Origin: an uncultured Cellvibrionaceae bacterium
GTDB taxonomy: Bacteria; Pseudomonadota; Gammaproteobacteria; Pseudomonadales; Cellvibrionaceae
Reading direction: 5' to 3'
NCBI GenBank assembly: GCA_964515945.1
Contig: CAZEWY010000001.1
Span: 100 to 64,099 of the forward strand
DNA: 64,000 nucleotides
In this document: in pieces, positions 19,144 to 28,478 of the stretch
Layout of the letters: every line of letters starts with the position of its first letter
Numbering within the stretch: the first letter of the stretch is position 1
Translations under genes and position numbers: made by a program
Notes under the pieces: model-generated
What the model saw: the letters and a program-made list of their open reading frames with translations, nothing else
What the model was told of the DNA's origin: nothing
Database searches by the model: none

Positions 19144-20024
19144 GTGTCTGCCCTCCCCAAAGCTACGAAATCCCGCAGATATTCGATGGCTGCATCCAGC
19201 TGTCGGTACACCAGATAAAGAGTTTTATGTACGCCCGGCTCACCGAGACCAATGCCTTTAATAGCGTAGTCTTGCCGAAAGCGTTCCACCAGCCAGCCCG
19301 GCAATGTGCAGACGCCGCGATGCGCCGCGACCAGTTGCAGCATGATTTCCGTCGTCTCCATGGTTTGCTGGTGCCTGGGCTCTACACCGGCGGGGACCAG
19401 AAAGCGGGTGAATACATCCAACCGGTCCCTCGCCACCGGAAAGGTATAGAGTATTTCGGCCTGCAGGTCCCCGGCTTCGACCCATTCTTTACCAGCGAAG
19501 GCATGCCCATCCGCGACCACCAGTTGCAATTCGTAATCGAATACGCCCGTATTGATCAGACCCTCGTCCTGAATGGGATCACTGGTAATCAACATATCGA
19601 TTTGGTGGTTCCGCAAGGCCTCCAGCCCGTTGAAGCGGAAGCGTTGTATCACATCCAGGTCCACGTCCGGCCATCGCTTCAAAAAGGGTTCCACCACCGT
19701 TAGCAACCATTCGTAGCAGGGGTGGCACTCCATGCCAATGCGCAACTTGCCGCGTTTGCCGTCGCTGTATGCGCGCAGCGTCTCATCGGCCTGATCCAGC
19801 AGCGGCAGTACATGTTCGCTTAGCTGAAGCAAATAGAACCCTGCCTGAGTCAGCCGCAACTTGCGCCCATCACGCTGCCATATACGCAGATTGTAATCCT
19901 GCTCCAGCTTACGAATGGAGTGAGACAGAGCCGACTGTGTCAGACACATAACCTCGGCGGCGGCAGCCAGGCTTCCGTGCACGTGCAAGGCCTGCAACAG
20001 GCGTAGATGGATCGGCTCTATCAT
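19140..20024 (-). CDS. metR: LysR-family transcriptional activator MetR
   Basis: MIEPIHLRLLQALHVHGSLAAAAEVMCLTQSALSHSIRKLEQ... is colinear with MetR (RDRLDVFTRFLVPAGV, LQLVAAHRGVCTLPGWLV). It is divergent from metE. I set the start to ATG 20024. Confidence 0.85.
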   Translation of the reverse strand: MIEPIHLRLLQALHVHGSLAAAAEVMCLTQSALSHSIRKLEQDYNLRIWQRDGRKLRLTQAGFYLLQLSEHVLPLLDQADETLRAYSDGKRGKLRIGMECHPCYEWLLTVVEPFLKRWPDVDLDVIQRFRFNGLEALRNHQIDMLITSDPIQDEGLINTGVFDYELQLVVADGHAFAGKEWVEAGDLQAEILYTFPVARDRLDVFTRFLVPAGVEPRHQQTMETTEIMLQLVAAHRGVCTLPGWLVERFRQDYAIKGIGLGEPGVHKTLYLVYRQLDAAIEYLRDFVALGRADT

Positions 20025-20044
20025 GAATCGCACTCATGTATTAT

Positions 20045-20057
20045 TGAAAACTTATCA
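20045..20057. promoter_or_regulatory. Candidate MetR box in the metR-metE intergenic region
   Basis: TGAAAACTTATCA resembles the TGAA-N5-TTCA MetR consensus, with one mismatch. Confidence 0.3.
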
Positions 20058-20114
20058 TTTTTATTCATGTTTTAGCCAAAGTAAAGTGCGCACATCTGAC
20101 TGGAGACATTCATC

Positions 20115-22421
20115 ATGGCACTGATCCACAACCTTGGCTTTCCCCGCGTAGGCGCCCACCGGCAACTGAAGTTCGCCTGCGAAGACTACTGGCGCAACAC
20201 CCTGACCCTTGAAGAATTATTGAAAGTCGGCCACGACCTGCGCCGGGACCATCTTCAGCTGCAACAGCAGGCAACGCTGGATTGGGTGCCGGTAGGTGAT
20301 TTTTCCTTTTATGATCACGTCCTGGATACCAGTTTTTTGCTGGGCAATGTTCCCGGCCGTTTTGCTGACGGTAGTTGCAACAATTTGCTGGACGATTACT
20401 TTCGCGTCGCTCGCGGTCGGGCACCGTCGGGGGAGCCACGGCACGCCGCGGAAATGACCAAGTGGTTCGACACCAACTACCATTATCTGGTCCCGGAATT
20501 CGATTCTGACACCCATTTCAGCCTGCATGCCGATCTACTTCTGCACCAGATTGAGGAAGCACAGCATCAGCAAGCCGCGGTAAAGCCCGTCATCCTGGGC
20601 CCTCTGACTTACCTCTGGCTGGGCAAATGCAAAGACAGCACCGTCGACAAACTCGCACTGCTGGAAAGCCTTGTTCCGGTTTACCGGCAGTTGCTCAACG
20701 TTCTGGCGGACGCCGGCGCCACCTGGGTACAGATCGATGAGCCGATTCTCGCACTGGATCTGTCTGAGCCGTGGAGACGGGCCTTCGAAAGGACCTACCA
20801 CAAGTTACAGACAGCCTCCATCAAGCCCCTGCTAGCAACCTATTTTGGCCCACTGCTGGACAACCTCAGCCTCGCGCTGCGTCTGCCGGTGGCGGGCCTG
20901 CATATCGACGCCGTACGCGGGCGCGATCAGGTCGGTCGCGTGCTGGATGCACTTCCCGTGCACAAGGTGCTGTCGCTGGGGGTTATAGACGGCCGCAACA
21001 TTTGGAAATCGGATCTGAATGCACTGCTGGACTGGCTGGAGCCCATACAGGCACAACTACAGGACAGACTCTGGCTGGCGCCCTCCTGCTCGCTGTTGCA
21101 TGTGCCGGTGGACCTGGAACTGGAAACTGAGCTGGACCCCGAAATCCGCAATTGGCTCAGTTTCGCCAGGCAAAAGTTGCAGGAGCTACAGCTTCTGAAA
21201 ACTGCCCTCAACACCGGGCGCAAGTCGGTCGCGACCGCCCTGGCGGCGAATCGTGCGGCCATCATCAGTCGTCAGACATCACTGAAAGTGATCGACGCGG
21301 AGGTTCAGACTCGCCTTCAGCAGGTGAAGTCAGGTGATTTATCGCGGCGATCACCTTATGGGGTGCGCGCCAAATTGCAACGGGAGCACCTGAACCTCCC
21401 CCTGCTGCCAACCACCACCATTGGCTCCTTTCCGCAAACCGCCGCGATTCGTCGAGCACGCAAGGCTTATAAAGCCGGCGAAGTGTCCGAGGTCGATTAT
21501 CAACAGACCATACGCGACCAGATCCGTCTGGCGGTGGAAGAGCAGGAGCGTTGCGGGCTGGACGTATTGGTGCACGGTGAAGCGGAGCGCAACGACATGG
21601 TCGAATACTTCGGCGAGCAGCTGTCGGGTTATGCCTTTACGCAGTTTGGGTGGGTTCAGTCCTACGGCAGTCGCTGCGTCAAGCCGCCGATCATTTATGG
21701 CGATGTCAGCCGGCTCAAACCCATGACAGTGGCCTGGAGCCGCTTTGCCCAGTCACTGACTCGCAAGCCCATGAAAGGCATGCTCACCGGCCCGGTTACG
21801 CTCTTGCAGTGGGCTTTCGTGCGCGATGACCAGCCTCGCTCCGAGACTGCCCGGCAGATCGCACTGGCACTGCGCGACGAAGTGCGGGATCTGGAAGACG
21901 CCGGTATTACCCTGATTCAGGTGGACGAACCGGCCTTGCGGGAGGGCCTGCCCCTGCGTCATCGGGAATGGCCGGAGTATCTGCGCTGGGCCGTGGATGC
22001 CTTCCGGCTGAGTACCAGCGGCGTGGCGGACGCTACCCAAATTCATACCCATATGTGTTACGCGGAGTTCAATGACATTATCGCCGCCATTGCGGAACTG
22101 GATGCCGACGTGATTACCATCGAAACCTCACGCTCGGATATGGAGCTGCTGAATGCCTTTGCCGATTTCCGCTATCCCAACGAGATCGGCCCCGGCGTTT
22201 ACGACATCCACAGTCCCAACACGCCGAGCGCGCAACAGATAGAAAAGCTGATCACCAAAGCCAGCCAGGTTATTCCTCTCGAACGCCTGTGGATCAACCC
22301 CGACTGTGGCCTCAAAACCCGCAGTTGGGAGGAAGTGCGACCGGCACTGGAAAGTATGGTGACGGCGGCAAGAAATCTGCGGGCGCAAATTGCGGAAGAT
22401 GCCACCACGGCTGTGGTGTGA
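20115..22421 (+). CDS. metE: Cobalamin-independent methionine synthase
   Basis: 768 aa. The N-terminus is [21 protein letters not shown], and the Zn-site region is [13 protein letters not shown]...[11 protein letters not shown]. Confidence 0.95.
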   Translation: MALIHNLGFPRVGAHRQLKFACEDYWRNTLTLEELLKVGHDLRRDHLQLQQQATLDWVPVGDFSFYDHVLDTSFLLGNVPGRFADGSCNNLLDDYFRVARGRAPSGEPRHAAEMTKWFDTNYHYLVPEFDSDTHFSLHADLLLHQIEEAQHQQAAVKPVILGPLTYLWLGKCKDSTVDKLALLESLVPVYRQLLNVLADAGATWVQIDEPILALDLSEPWRRAFERTYHKLQTASIKPLLATYFGPLLDNLSLALRLPVAGLHIDAVRGRDQVGRVLDALPVHKVLSLGVIDGRNIWKSDLNALLDWLEPIQAQLQDRLWLAPSCSLLHVPVDLELETELDPEIRNWLSFARQKLQELQLLKTALNTGRKSVATALAANRAAIISRQTSLKVIDAEVQTRLQQVKSGDLSRRSPYGVRAKLQREHLNLPLLPTTTIGSFPQTAAIRRARKAYKAGEVSEVDYQQTIRDQIRLAVEEQERCGLDVLVHGEAERNDMVEYFGEQLSGYAFTQFGWVQSYGSRCVKPPIIYGDVSRLKPMTVAWSRFAQSLTRKPMKGMLTGPVTLLQWAFVRDDQPRSETARQIALALRDEVRDLEDAGITLIQVDEPALREGLPLRHREWPEYLRWAVDAFRLSTSGVADATQIHTHMCYAEFNDIIAAIAELDADVITIETSRSDMELLNAFADFRYPNEIGPGVYDIHSPNTPSAQQIEKLITKASQVIPLERLWINPDCGLKTRSWEEVRPALESMVTAARNLRAQIAEDATTAVV

Positions 22422-22441
22422 CCGTCAAAGTAAAGAGGTTC

Positions 22442-22458
22442 GGTGGGCGGAGCCCACC
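22442..22458. other. GC hairpin (REP-like or terminator-like) between convergent metE and the SMP-30 gene
   Basis: ggtgggc-gga-gcccacc, with no U-tract. Confidence 0.3.
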
Positions 22459-22497
22459 CTACCCAATCACCGGAGATTGCTGACAAGCGAACTCAAA

Positions 22498-23367
22498 TCA
22501 AGCACCGAATCGGCGTTCGGGCAATCCCGGCACATCAACCCGCACCTGAAAAATAGCGCCCGAATGAGGGTAGTCTTTGAGTTCTTCTTCGGGGCGATTG
22601 CCCACGCTGGTAATGTACAGGGTCTTCAGATCTTCACCACCCAGAGCCACCATGGTCGGGCATTTGGCGGGCACGGCAATCTCCTCCACAATCTCTCCTC
22701 GTGGGTTCAGGCGCACCACACGTCCGCCTTCGTAGAGTGCGGTCCAGTAATAACCTTCGGCATCCACCGTGGCACCATCCGGTCGTCCATTGCCGTGTGG
22801 AAACTGGTGAAAGACGCGGCCGTTGCTCATGGCGCCGGTTTCCAGGTTATAGTCGTAGGCGTAGATAGCATGCTTGGGTGTATCGGAAAAATAAAAGGTT
22901 TTGCTGTCGGGGCTGAAAGCCACACCGTTGGAGGTCAGCAAGCCGTCTTTCAGTCTGGTCACTTGCAGATCCGTTCCCAGGGAATACAGATTGGCGCCAT
23001 CCCGGTCCTTGGGCGGATAAACCGTACCCGCGATAAAGCGGCCCTCGGCATCGCAACGGCCATCATTGAAGCGGTTGCTGGGCATATCCGCTTCGGGGTC
23101 GGCAATCGCGCGCCGTTGCGTATTCCACCCATCCAGGAAGAAGAAACCAGAGCGCATGCCCAACACAAAACCGCCCTGGGCACGCAAGCTGAAACAGCCT
23201 AGTTCCTCGTCAAACTGCAGAAAATCGTCCTTGCCAGTGGCGGGGTCGAATCTGTGCAATTGCCCGGCATTGATATCCGCCCAGTAAAGTAGTTGTGCCT
23301 GTTCATCCCAGCGCGGGCATTCACCCAGATTGGCCCTTATGGCCAACGCAACCTCGGCTGTTTTCAT
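22498..23367 (-). CDS. SMP-30/gluconolactonase/LRE-family protein
   Basis: 289 aa with LGECPRWDEQAQLLYWADI, NDGRCDAEGRF, NGVAFSPD and RPDGATVDAEGYYW beta-propeller motifs. Confidence 0.85.
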   Translation of the reverse strand: MKTAEVALAIRANLGECPRWDEQAQLLYWADINAGQLHRFDPATGKDDFLQFDEELGCFSLRAQGGFVLGMRSGFFFLDGWNTQRRAIADPEADMPSNRFNDGRCDAEGRFIAGTVYPPKDRDGANLYSLGTDLQVTRLKDGLLTSNGVAFSPDSKTFYFSDTPKHAIYAYDYNLETGAMSNGRVFHQFPHGNGRPDGATVDAEGYYWTALYEGGRVVRLNPRGEIVEEIAVPAKCPTMVALGGEDLKTLYITSVGNRPEEELKDYPHSGAIFQVRVDVPGLPERRFGA

Positions 23368-23455
23368 GAGTTCACCTTAATAGTTGATAGCCAATTTGGG
23401 CGTGCATATTGGCACAAGTCAGGGATTGCAACAAACGGGAGTCAAGTGCAGCGCG

Positions 23456-24043
23456 TTAGAGTTCCAGACGGGAGGAACCACCTTGATAGCGCAGGAATTG
23501 GGGCCGCAGGTAATCCATCTGATCCGCGCGAATGCGCTCACTGTTGATCAGCGCCAGATATTCGGCGGGGTTGGGCCTGTATGGCAGGGCGATCAACTCC
23601 ATATTGATGTCGGACAGCAGGGCATTGCCCTTGAACTGGTTGCACCTTTTACAGGCGGCAACGACGTTTTCCCAGCGATCCTTGCCACCGCGACTGCGGG
23701 GCCGGACATGATCCCGCGACAGATCACGAAAACAGAAATAATGTCCGCAGTACATGCACTGGCAGTTGTCCCTGTAGAAAAGCGCCTGGTTGCTCAAGGG
23801 CGGATTCATATTGACGGGGGCTACGCGACTGCCGCCACAGGCAATAATGGCCGGCAGTTCGATCAGAGTACGCTGACCGGTAAAACGGGAACGCCCTCCT
23901 TTGACTTGACGAACAATGCCGCCCAGTGTCCAGACAATCAGATCCCGCGCGTGGAGGCAGACCGCCTGCTTCCAGTGAAGCCACTCCATGGGCTGCCCCG
24001 CAATATTCAGCCGCAGAATCCGCGCTTCGCCGGCCGCGGTCAT
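23456..24043 (-). CDS. HNH endonuclease-domain protein (about 195 aa)
   Basis: HNH motif CQCMYCGH...DHVRPRSRGGKDRWENVVAACKRCNQFKGN. I set the start to ATG 24043 (MTAAGEARIL...) because the longer track ORF would read through a terminator hairpin. Confidence 0.8.
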   Translation of the reverse strand: MTAAGEARILRLNIAGQPMEWLHWKQAVCLHARDLIVWTLGGIVRQVKGGRSRFTGQRTLIELPAIIACGGSRVAPVNMNPPLSNQALFYRDNCQCMYCGHYFCFRDLSRDHVRPRSRGGKDRWENVVAACKRCNQFKGNALLSDINMELIALPYRPNPAEYLALINSERIRADQMDYLRPQFLRYQGGSSRLEL

Positions 24044-24096
24044 GAGAACTTTCTCGTATAACGTAAAATACTGGGCTCCACCCGGCCCCCATAACG

Positions 24097-24127
24097 AAAA
24101 ACCCCGCACTGGCAGGCCAGGCGGGGT
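24097..24127 (-). terminator. Intrinsic terminator or attenuator 54 nt upstream of the HNH start
   Basis: On the minus strand: aaaccccgc-ctggcctgccagt-gcggggttttt. Confidence 0.6.
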
Positions 24128-24192
24128 TTCAGAAGTCGGTAATCGGTGTATCTGCGAGGCTGATCGGTCCAATAGGCTGCGGGACTATCCGA

Positions 24193-24217
24193 CCTATGCA
24201 ACCTATGCGGCCTATGC
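24193..24217. repeat. 9-bp periodic direct repeat CCTATGC x3 (GCATAGG on the minus strand)
   Basis: ga CCTATGC aa CCTATGC gg CCTATGC ga, read directly. Confidence 0.8.
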
Positions 24218-24360
24218 GACAGTGGATGGCTACCGCGGAAATATTTTTCTCGAGCCAGATGTCTGATCAAATGCTTGAAGGCTATTCTCCTCTCTGCACA
24301 ATACCGTGGAAAACGGGTATCGATTACTGTGAGTCACACAATTCAATAGCACTTGTTTAA

Positions 24361-24389
24361 ATATTAACCTTCTATTCGCGGCTGTCAAG
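24361..24389 (-). promoter_or_regulatory. Near-consensus sigma70 promoter (minus strand)
   Basis: TTGACA (24389-24384), a 17-nt spacer, then TAATAT (24366-24361). Confidence 0.5.
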
Positions 24390-24393
24390 GCAG

Positions 24394-24428
24394 AAAAAAA
24401 CACCGCAACAGACTCCGCTGTTGCGGTG
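24394..24428 (-). terminator. Strong intrinsic terminator (minus strand)
   Basis: On the minus strand: caccgcaacag-cggagt-ctgttgcggtg followed by TTTTTTT. This is an 11-bp perfect stem. Confidence 0.7.
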
Positions 24429-24530
24429 ACTCACAGGTTACCTTGCCCCCAAAAGGAGCTCCTTCAGGTACTATTGCGGCACGGTCCTTCTCTTCCCTTG
24501 CCCATGTCCCTATGCTTGTCTTCCGTGACA
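24394..24530 (-). ncRNA. Candidate ~140-nt GGA-rich sRNA (Csr/Rsm-sponge-like?)
   Basis: It has six GGA motifs in about 140 nt, including the hairpin ugucACGGAAgaca, and ends at the strong terminator. A possible -10 TAGAAT sits at 24542-24537, but the -35 is poor and the 5' end is uncertain. Confidence 0.3.
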
Positions 24531-24713
24531 GTGAGCATTCTAGAGCAACGAGAAAATCCCACCAGTGGCAGATATCGGCAATATTTGTGAGACATTCGCC
24601 ATAAAATCCGCAGACATAACCCCACATAGCCCCCAACCATCACCAGAGTAGCCATTGCCAATTGACCGTCCCCCACGCGTCGGGTAGTGTTGCGGCTTTG
24701 ATGAGGAGCCCGC

Positions 24714-24986
24714 ATGGCCAGCACGAACAAACCTGTCGACTTTGAACAGGCACTCACCGAACTGGAAGCTTTGGTAGCCACCATGGAAAAGGGCGAATTG
24801 AGTCTGGAAGAGTCACTCAAAGCTTTTGAAACCGGCGTCAAGCTGACTCGGGAATGCCAGCAATCCTTGCGCGATGCCGAGCAGAAGGTACAGCTCCTGC
24901 TCAGTGAAAACGGCGAGTTGCGCGCCGAGCCCTTTAGTGACGGGACGAGCGGTGAGAAAAATGACGGGGACGACGACGATCAATGA
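24714..24986 (+). CDS. xseB: Exodeoxyribonuclease VII small subunit
   Basis: 90 aa with [43 protein letters not shown]. It has a 4-nt overlap with ispA. Confidence 0.9.
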   Translation: MASTNKPVDFEQALTELEALVATMEKGELSLEESLKAFETGVKLTRECQQSLRDAEQKVQLLLSENGELRAEPFSDGTSGEKNDGDDDDQ

Positions 24987-25894
24987 CGCCAGCACTCACG
25001 TCCTTCCTTGAACACTACACTCGCCGCGTCAATCAGCAACTTGTTCAGAATTTACCGCCGGCCCCCGCGGGCGGCGAACACCTGCTCGCAGCCATGAACT
25101 ACAGCCTGCTCAATGGCGGCAAACGCATCAGGCCCATCCTGGCCTATGCCAGTGCCGAGGTGGTCGGCACCATTGGTCCATTGACCGACCGGGCCGCCTG
25201 CGCATTGGAATGCATCCATGCCTATAGCCTGATTCACGATGATTTGCCCGCCATGGATGATGATGACCTGCGCCGGGGCGAAGCCACCTGCCACATCGCA
25301 TTTGACGAGGCCACCGCCATACTCGCCGGTGACGCACTGCAAAGCCTGGCCTTCGAGATTCTCGCCAATGCGGCGCCCGACGCCGACTTAGGTCCCGGTC
25401 AAAGCGCCGACCTGATTCTGGCACTGGTACGCGAGCTCGGCCGAGCAGCCGGTGCCAGCGGCATGGTTGCCGGTCAGGCCATAGATCTGGCGGCAGTGAG
25501 CCGACAGCTCACGCTGGAGCAACTGGAGCACATGCATCGCCACAAGACCGGCGCCTTGATAGAGGCCAGCGTTGTCATGGGCGCACTCAGCGGCGGCCAG
25601 CCGACCACGCAGCAATTGGACGCCCTTCGGATGTATGCCCAGGCCATAGGTCTGGCATTCCAGGTTCAGGACGACATTCTGGATGTCACCGTGGAAACCG
25701 GGCTGCTGGGCAAGCGTCAGGGTGCGGACCGGGAGCGCAACAAACCCACCTATGTCGCCCTGCTCGGGCTCGATCACGCCCGCAGCAAGGCTCGCGAGTT
25801 GCACGACCAGGCGCTACAAGCCCTGGAGACTTTCGACGGCCGGGCCGACCACCTGCGCGACATGGCGTCCTTTATCGTTGAGCGCGGGGTTTAG
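24983..25894 (+). CDS. ispA: (2E,6E)-farnesyl diphosphate synthase
   Basis: FARM motif [17 protein letters not shown] and SARM motif FQVQDDILD, 303 aa. Confidence 0.9.
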   Translation: MTPALTSFLEHYTRRVNQQLVQNLPPAPAGGEHLLAAMNYSLLNGGKRIRPILAYASAEVVGTIGPLTDRAACALECIHAYSLIHDDLPAMDDDDLRRGEATCHIAFDEATAILAGDALQSLAFEILANAAPDADLGPGQSADLILALVRELGRAAGASGMVAGQAIDLAAVSRQLTLEQLEHMHRHKTGALIEASVVMGALSGGQPTTQQLDALRMYAQAIGLAFQVQDDILDVTVETGLLGKRQGADRERNKPTYVALLGLDHARSKARELHDQALQALETFDGRADHLRDMASFIVERGV

Positions 25895-26028
25895 GACGAC
25901 TGCGATAAGCATGTCGCCCGCCGTCATGGATTTGAAACCTTTCCAACCCAGGTCCATACCAATACAATTACCCCTGTGCCCTGTTCGACCTGGCGCACCG
26001 CCATCACCAAGAGACTCAATCGCGCAAG

Positions 26029-27984
26029 ATGTTTGATGAAATCCCCCAAAAGCGTCCGCACACCCCGCTGTTAGATACCATTAACAGCCCTGCGGACCTG
26101 CGCGAACTGGACGAAAAGCAATTGCCGGAAGTGGCATACCAGCTGCGCGAATACCTGCTCTACACGGTCGGCCAGACCGGCGGCCATTTTGGTGCGGGGC
26201 TTGGCGTGGTGGAATTGACCACCGCGCTTCACTATGTCTTCAACACGCCGGACGATCATCTCGTCTGGGATGTCGGCCACCAGACCTACCCTCACAAGAT
26301 ACTGACCGGCCGTCGGGAAGCCATGAGCGGAGTGCGCCAATTGGGCGGCATATCCGGCTTCCCGCGCCGCCAGGAAAGCCCCTATGACAGCTTCGGCGTC
26401 GGGCACTCGAGCACATCCATCAGCGCCGCCCTCGGCATGGCACTGGGCAGCGCCTTGACCGACGAGCAACGCAAAACGGTTGCCGTCATTGGCGATGGCG
26501 CCATGACCGCGGGCATGGCCTTCGAAGCCCTCAATCATGCCGCTCACACCGGCGCCGATATGCTGGTCGTACTCAACGACAACAATATGTCCATTTCCCG
26601 CAACGTGGGCGGGCTAGCCACATATTTCTACCGCATCTGGGCAAGCAAGCTCTACACAGCCATGCGCGAGGGCAGCAAGCGCGTGCTGATCAAGATCCCC
26701 CAAGCCTGGGAGCTGGCGCGCAAAACCGAAGAACACATGAAAGGCATGGTGTCGCCCGCCACTTTGTTCGAGGAGCTCGGCTTCTACTATGTCGGCCCTA
26801 TCGATGGTCACGATCTGCCGCGGCTGGTACATGACCTCCGTAACCTGAGCGAAATACCCGGACCGAAACTGCTGCATATCATCACCCGCAAGGGCAAGGG
26901 CTTTAAGCCGGCGGAAGAGGATCCGGTGGGTTACCACGCGCTCAACAAAATTGAACCCAAAAGCGCGCAAACTCCGAAAGGTAAAAATAACGCGCCAGCC
27001 CTGAAAGGTAAAAACAACGCGTTAGCCCAGAAACGTAAAAAGTATCAGGACATTTTTGGTGACTGGCTCTGCGCCACCGCTGCCACCGACGACCGTCTGG
27101 TCGGCATCACCCCCGCCATGTGCGAGGGCTCCGGAATGGTGGAGTTTGCCGAGCGGTTTCCGGAGCGTTTTCACGATGTCGCCATTGCCGAGCAACATGC
27201 GGTCACCGTGGCCGCCGGCTTAGCCTGCAAGGGCCTGAAACCGGTCGTCGCCATCTATTCGACCTTTCTGCAGCGCGCCTATGATCAGCTGATTCACGAC
27301 GTCGCCTTGCAGAATCTGGATGTTACCTTCGCCATAGACCGCGCCGGACTGGTGGGTGAGGATGGCCCCACCCACGCTGGCAGCTTCGATATTTCATTCC
27401 TGCGCTGCGTGCCGAACATGATCATTGCCGCTCCCAGCGACGAGAACGAATGCCATCAGTTGCTTAACAGTGCCTATGGCTATAAAGGTCCGGCGGCCGT
27501 GCGCTATCCACGCGGAACCGGTACCGGTCGCGGCGTCAATGCCGAAGATGAGCGACTGCCTATAGGCAAGGGACGAGAAGTCCGCGCCGGCCATCAGGTC
27601 TGCCTGTTGAACTTTGGCGTCCTCCTGCCCGAGGCTCTGGCGGTGGCGGAAACCCATGGTTGGACCGTCTGCGATATGCGCTGGGTCAAACCCCTCGACC
27701 AGGAACTGGTACTTGCTCAGGCGTCGCGACACCAGCTGATCGTGACTCTGGAAGAAAACGCCGTTGCCGGTGGTGCCGGCAGTGCCGTTTCCGAACTGCT
27801 CAACAGCAAGGCATTGGTCAAACCCGTGTTGCAACTGGGGCTGCCCGACGTGTATTTCGAACATGGACAGCGCAGCGATCTGCTGTCACAAGCGAGGCTG
27901 GACGCGACCCAGATCGCGGATCGCATTCTCGTGCACATGCACAAGCTCAATCTGAAAATGGACAAGATGGCAGCGAGCAGTTAG
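26029..27984 (+). CDS. dxs: 1-deoxy-D-xylulose-5-phosphate synthase
   Basis: 651 aa with [31 protein letters not shown] and the IAEQHAVT motif. It is longer than typical because of a lysine-rich linker insert. Confidence 0.95.
   Translation: MFDEIPQKRPHTPLLDTINSPADLRELDEKQLPEVAYQLREYLLYTVGQTGGHFGAGLGVVELTTALHYVFNTPDDHLVWDVGHQTYPHKILTGRREAMSGVRQLGGISGFPRRQESPYDSFGVGHSSTSISAALGMALGSALTDEQRKTVAVIGDGAMTAGMAFEALNHAAHTGADMLVVLNDNNMSISRNVGGLATYFYRIWASKLYTAMREGSKRVLIKIPQAWELARKTEEHMKGMVSPATLFEELGFYYVGPIDGHDLPRLVHDLRNLSEIPGPKLLHIITRKGKGFKPAEEDPVGYHALNKIEPKSAQTPKGKNNAPALKGKNNALAQKRKKYQDIFGDWLCATAATDDRLVGITPAMCEGSGMVEFAERFPERFHDVAIAEQHAVTVAAGLACKGLKPVVAIYSTFLQRAYDQLIHDVALQNLDVTFAIDRAGLVGEDGPTHAGSFDISFLRCVPNMIIAAPSDENECHQLLNSAYGYKGPAAVRYPRGTGTGRGVNAEDERLPIGKGREVRAGHQVCLLNFGVLLPEALAVAETHGWTVCDMRWVKPLDQELVLAQASRHQLIVTLEENAVAGGAGSAVSELLNSKALVKPVLQLGLPDVYFEHGQRSDLLSQARLDATQIADRILVHMHKLNLKMDKMAASS
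26974..27042 (+). repeat. In-frame 27-bp tandem duplication (about 2.5 units) inside dxs
   Basis: ccgaaaggtaaaaataacgcgccagcc / ctgaaaggtaaaaacaacgcgttagcc / cagaaacgtaaaaag, encoding [23 protein letters not shown]. Confidence 0.8.
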
Positions 27985-28478
27985 CTGCCTATGCCTTGGA
28001 TTGTACTGGATCCATTGTAAATAATTAAAACGACATCGGCTTTTTCTACAAGAGTTGGCAACCCCGGTCCTGGGCGTCCCATGTCGATCCGTCTATCCTC
28101 CCTGCCCCAACTATGCTGCCAGACTATACTGATAGCATGAATGATCCTCTTTGGGGCTATCCCATCGAAATGTACAGCTTTCGTAGGCATGCTTATTGCT
28201 ATTATCCCTGGCCCTGCTAAAAAGGGCATCGGCCAAGCCATAGCTTTAACCTTAATTCCTTGGCCCCGATTTTTGATTCAATTTCGGATAACAGCACTTG
28301 TATGCAATGCGTCATCCGCTCATAACATTCAACGTCAAAGTCGCAATCGGCTATCAGTGTCTCGATATGCCCTAAAACCCATACAACCCCTTTGAGTACA
28401 ACTCCAGTTTTCAACAGGTGAGGATCAAATCAGGGTGTTTTCAATGCGCTTCCCGGCACAAGCCAATATCCTGTGCCT

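Larger units (their letters stand above)
24097..24354 (-). ncRNA. Candidate ~255-nt sRNA or cis-regulatory leader of the HNH gene
   Basis: It is bounded by a near-consensus sigma70 promoter (24361-24389) and the terminator at 24097-24127. No convincing ORF or RBS lies inside. It contains the GCAUAGG x3 periodic motif. Confidence 0.35.

Noticed and set aside
24040-24270. 76-aa ORF and the long 238-aa version of the HNH ORF (start 24172) covering the leader region
   Set aside because: Both would translate through the terminator hairpin at 24097-24127 and give Pro/Arg/Gly-rich, non-protein-like N-termini. ATG 24043 gives a normal N-terminus.
23456-24389. HEARO/omega-RNA plus IscB-like system (HNH-associated structured RNA)
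   Set aside because: The HNH protein is only about 195 aa with no RuvC segments, so it is not IscB/IsrB-like. No transposon ends are visible. The RNA is upstream with its own terminator rather than in the omega-RNA arrangement.
24430-24700. Cobalamin riboswitch suggested by a GCCACUGG string in the minus-strand RNA candidate. I also compared the region mentally with 6S, RNase P, SRP, tmRNA, TPP, FMN and glycine elements.
   Set aside because: Only that single short string matches, and the other conserved blocks of each family are absent. I leave it as an unclassified candidate RNA.
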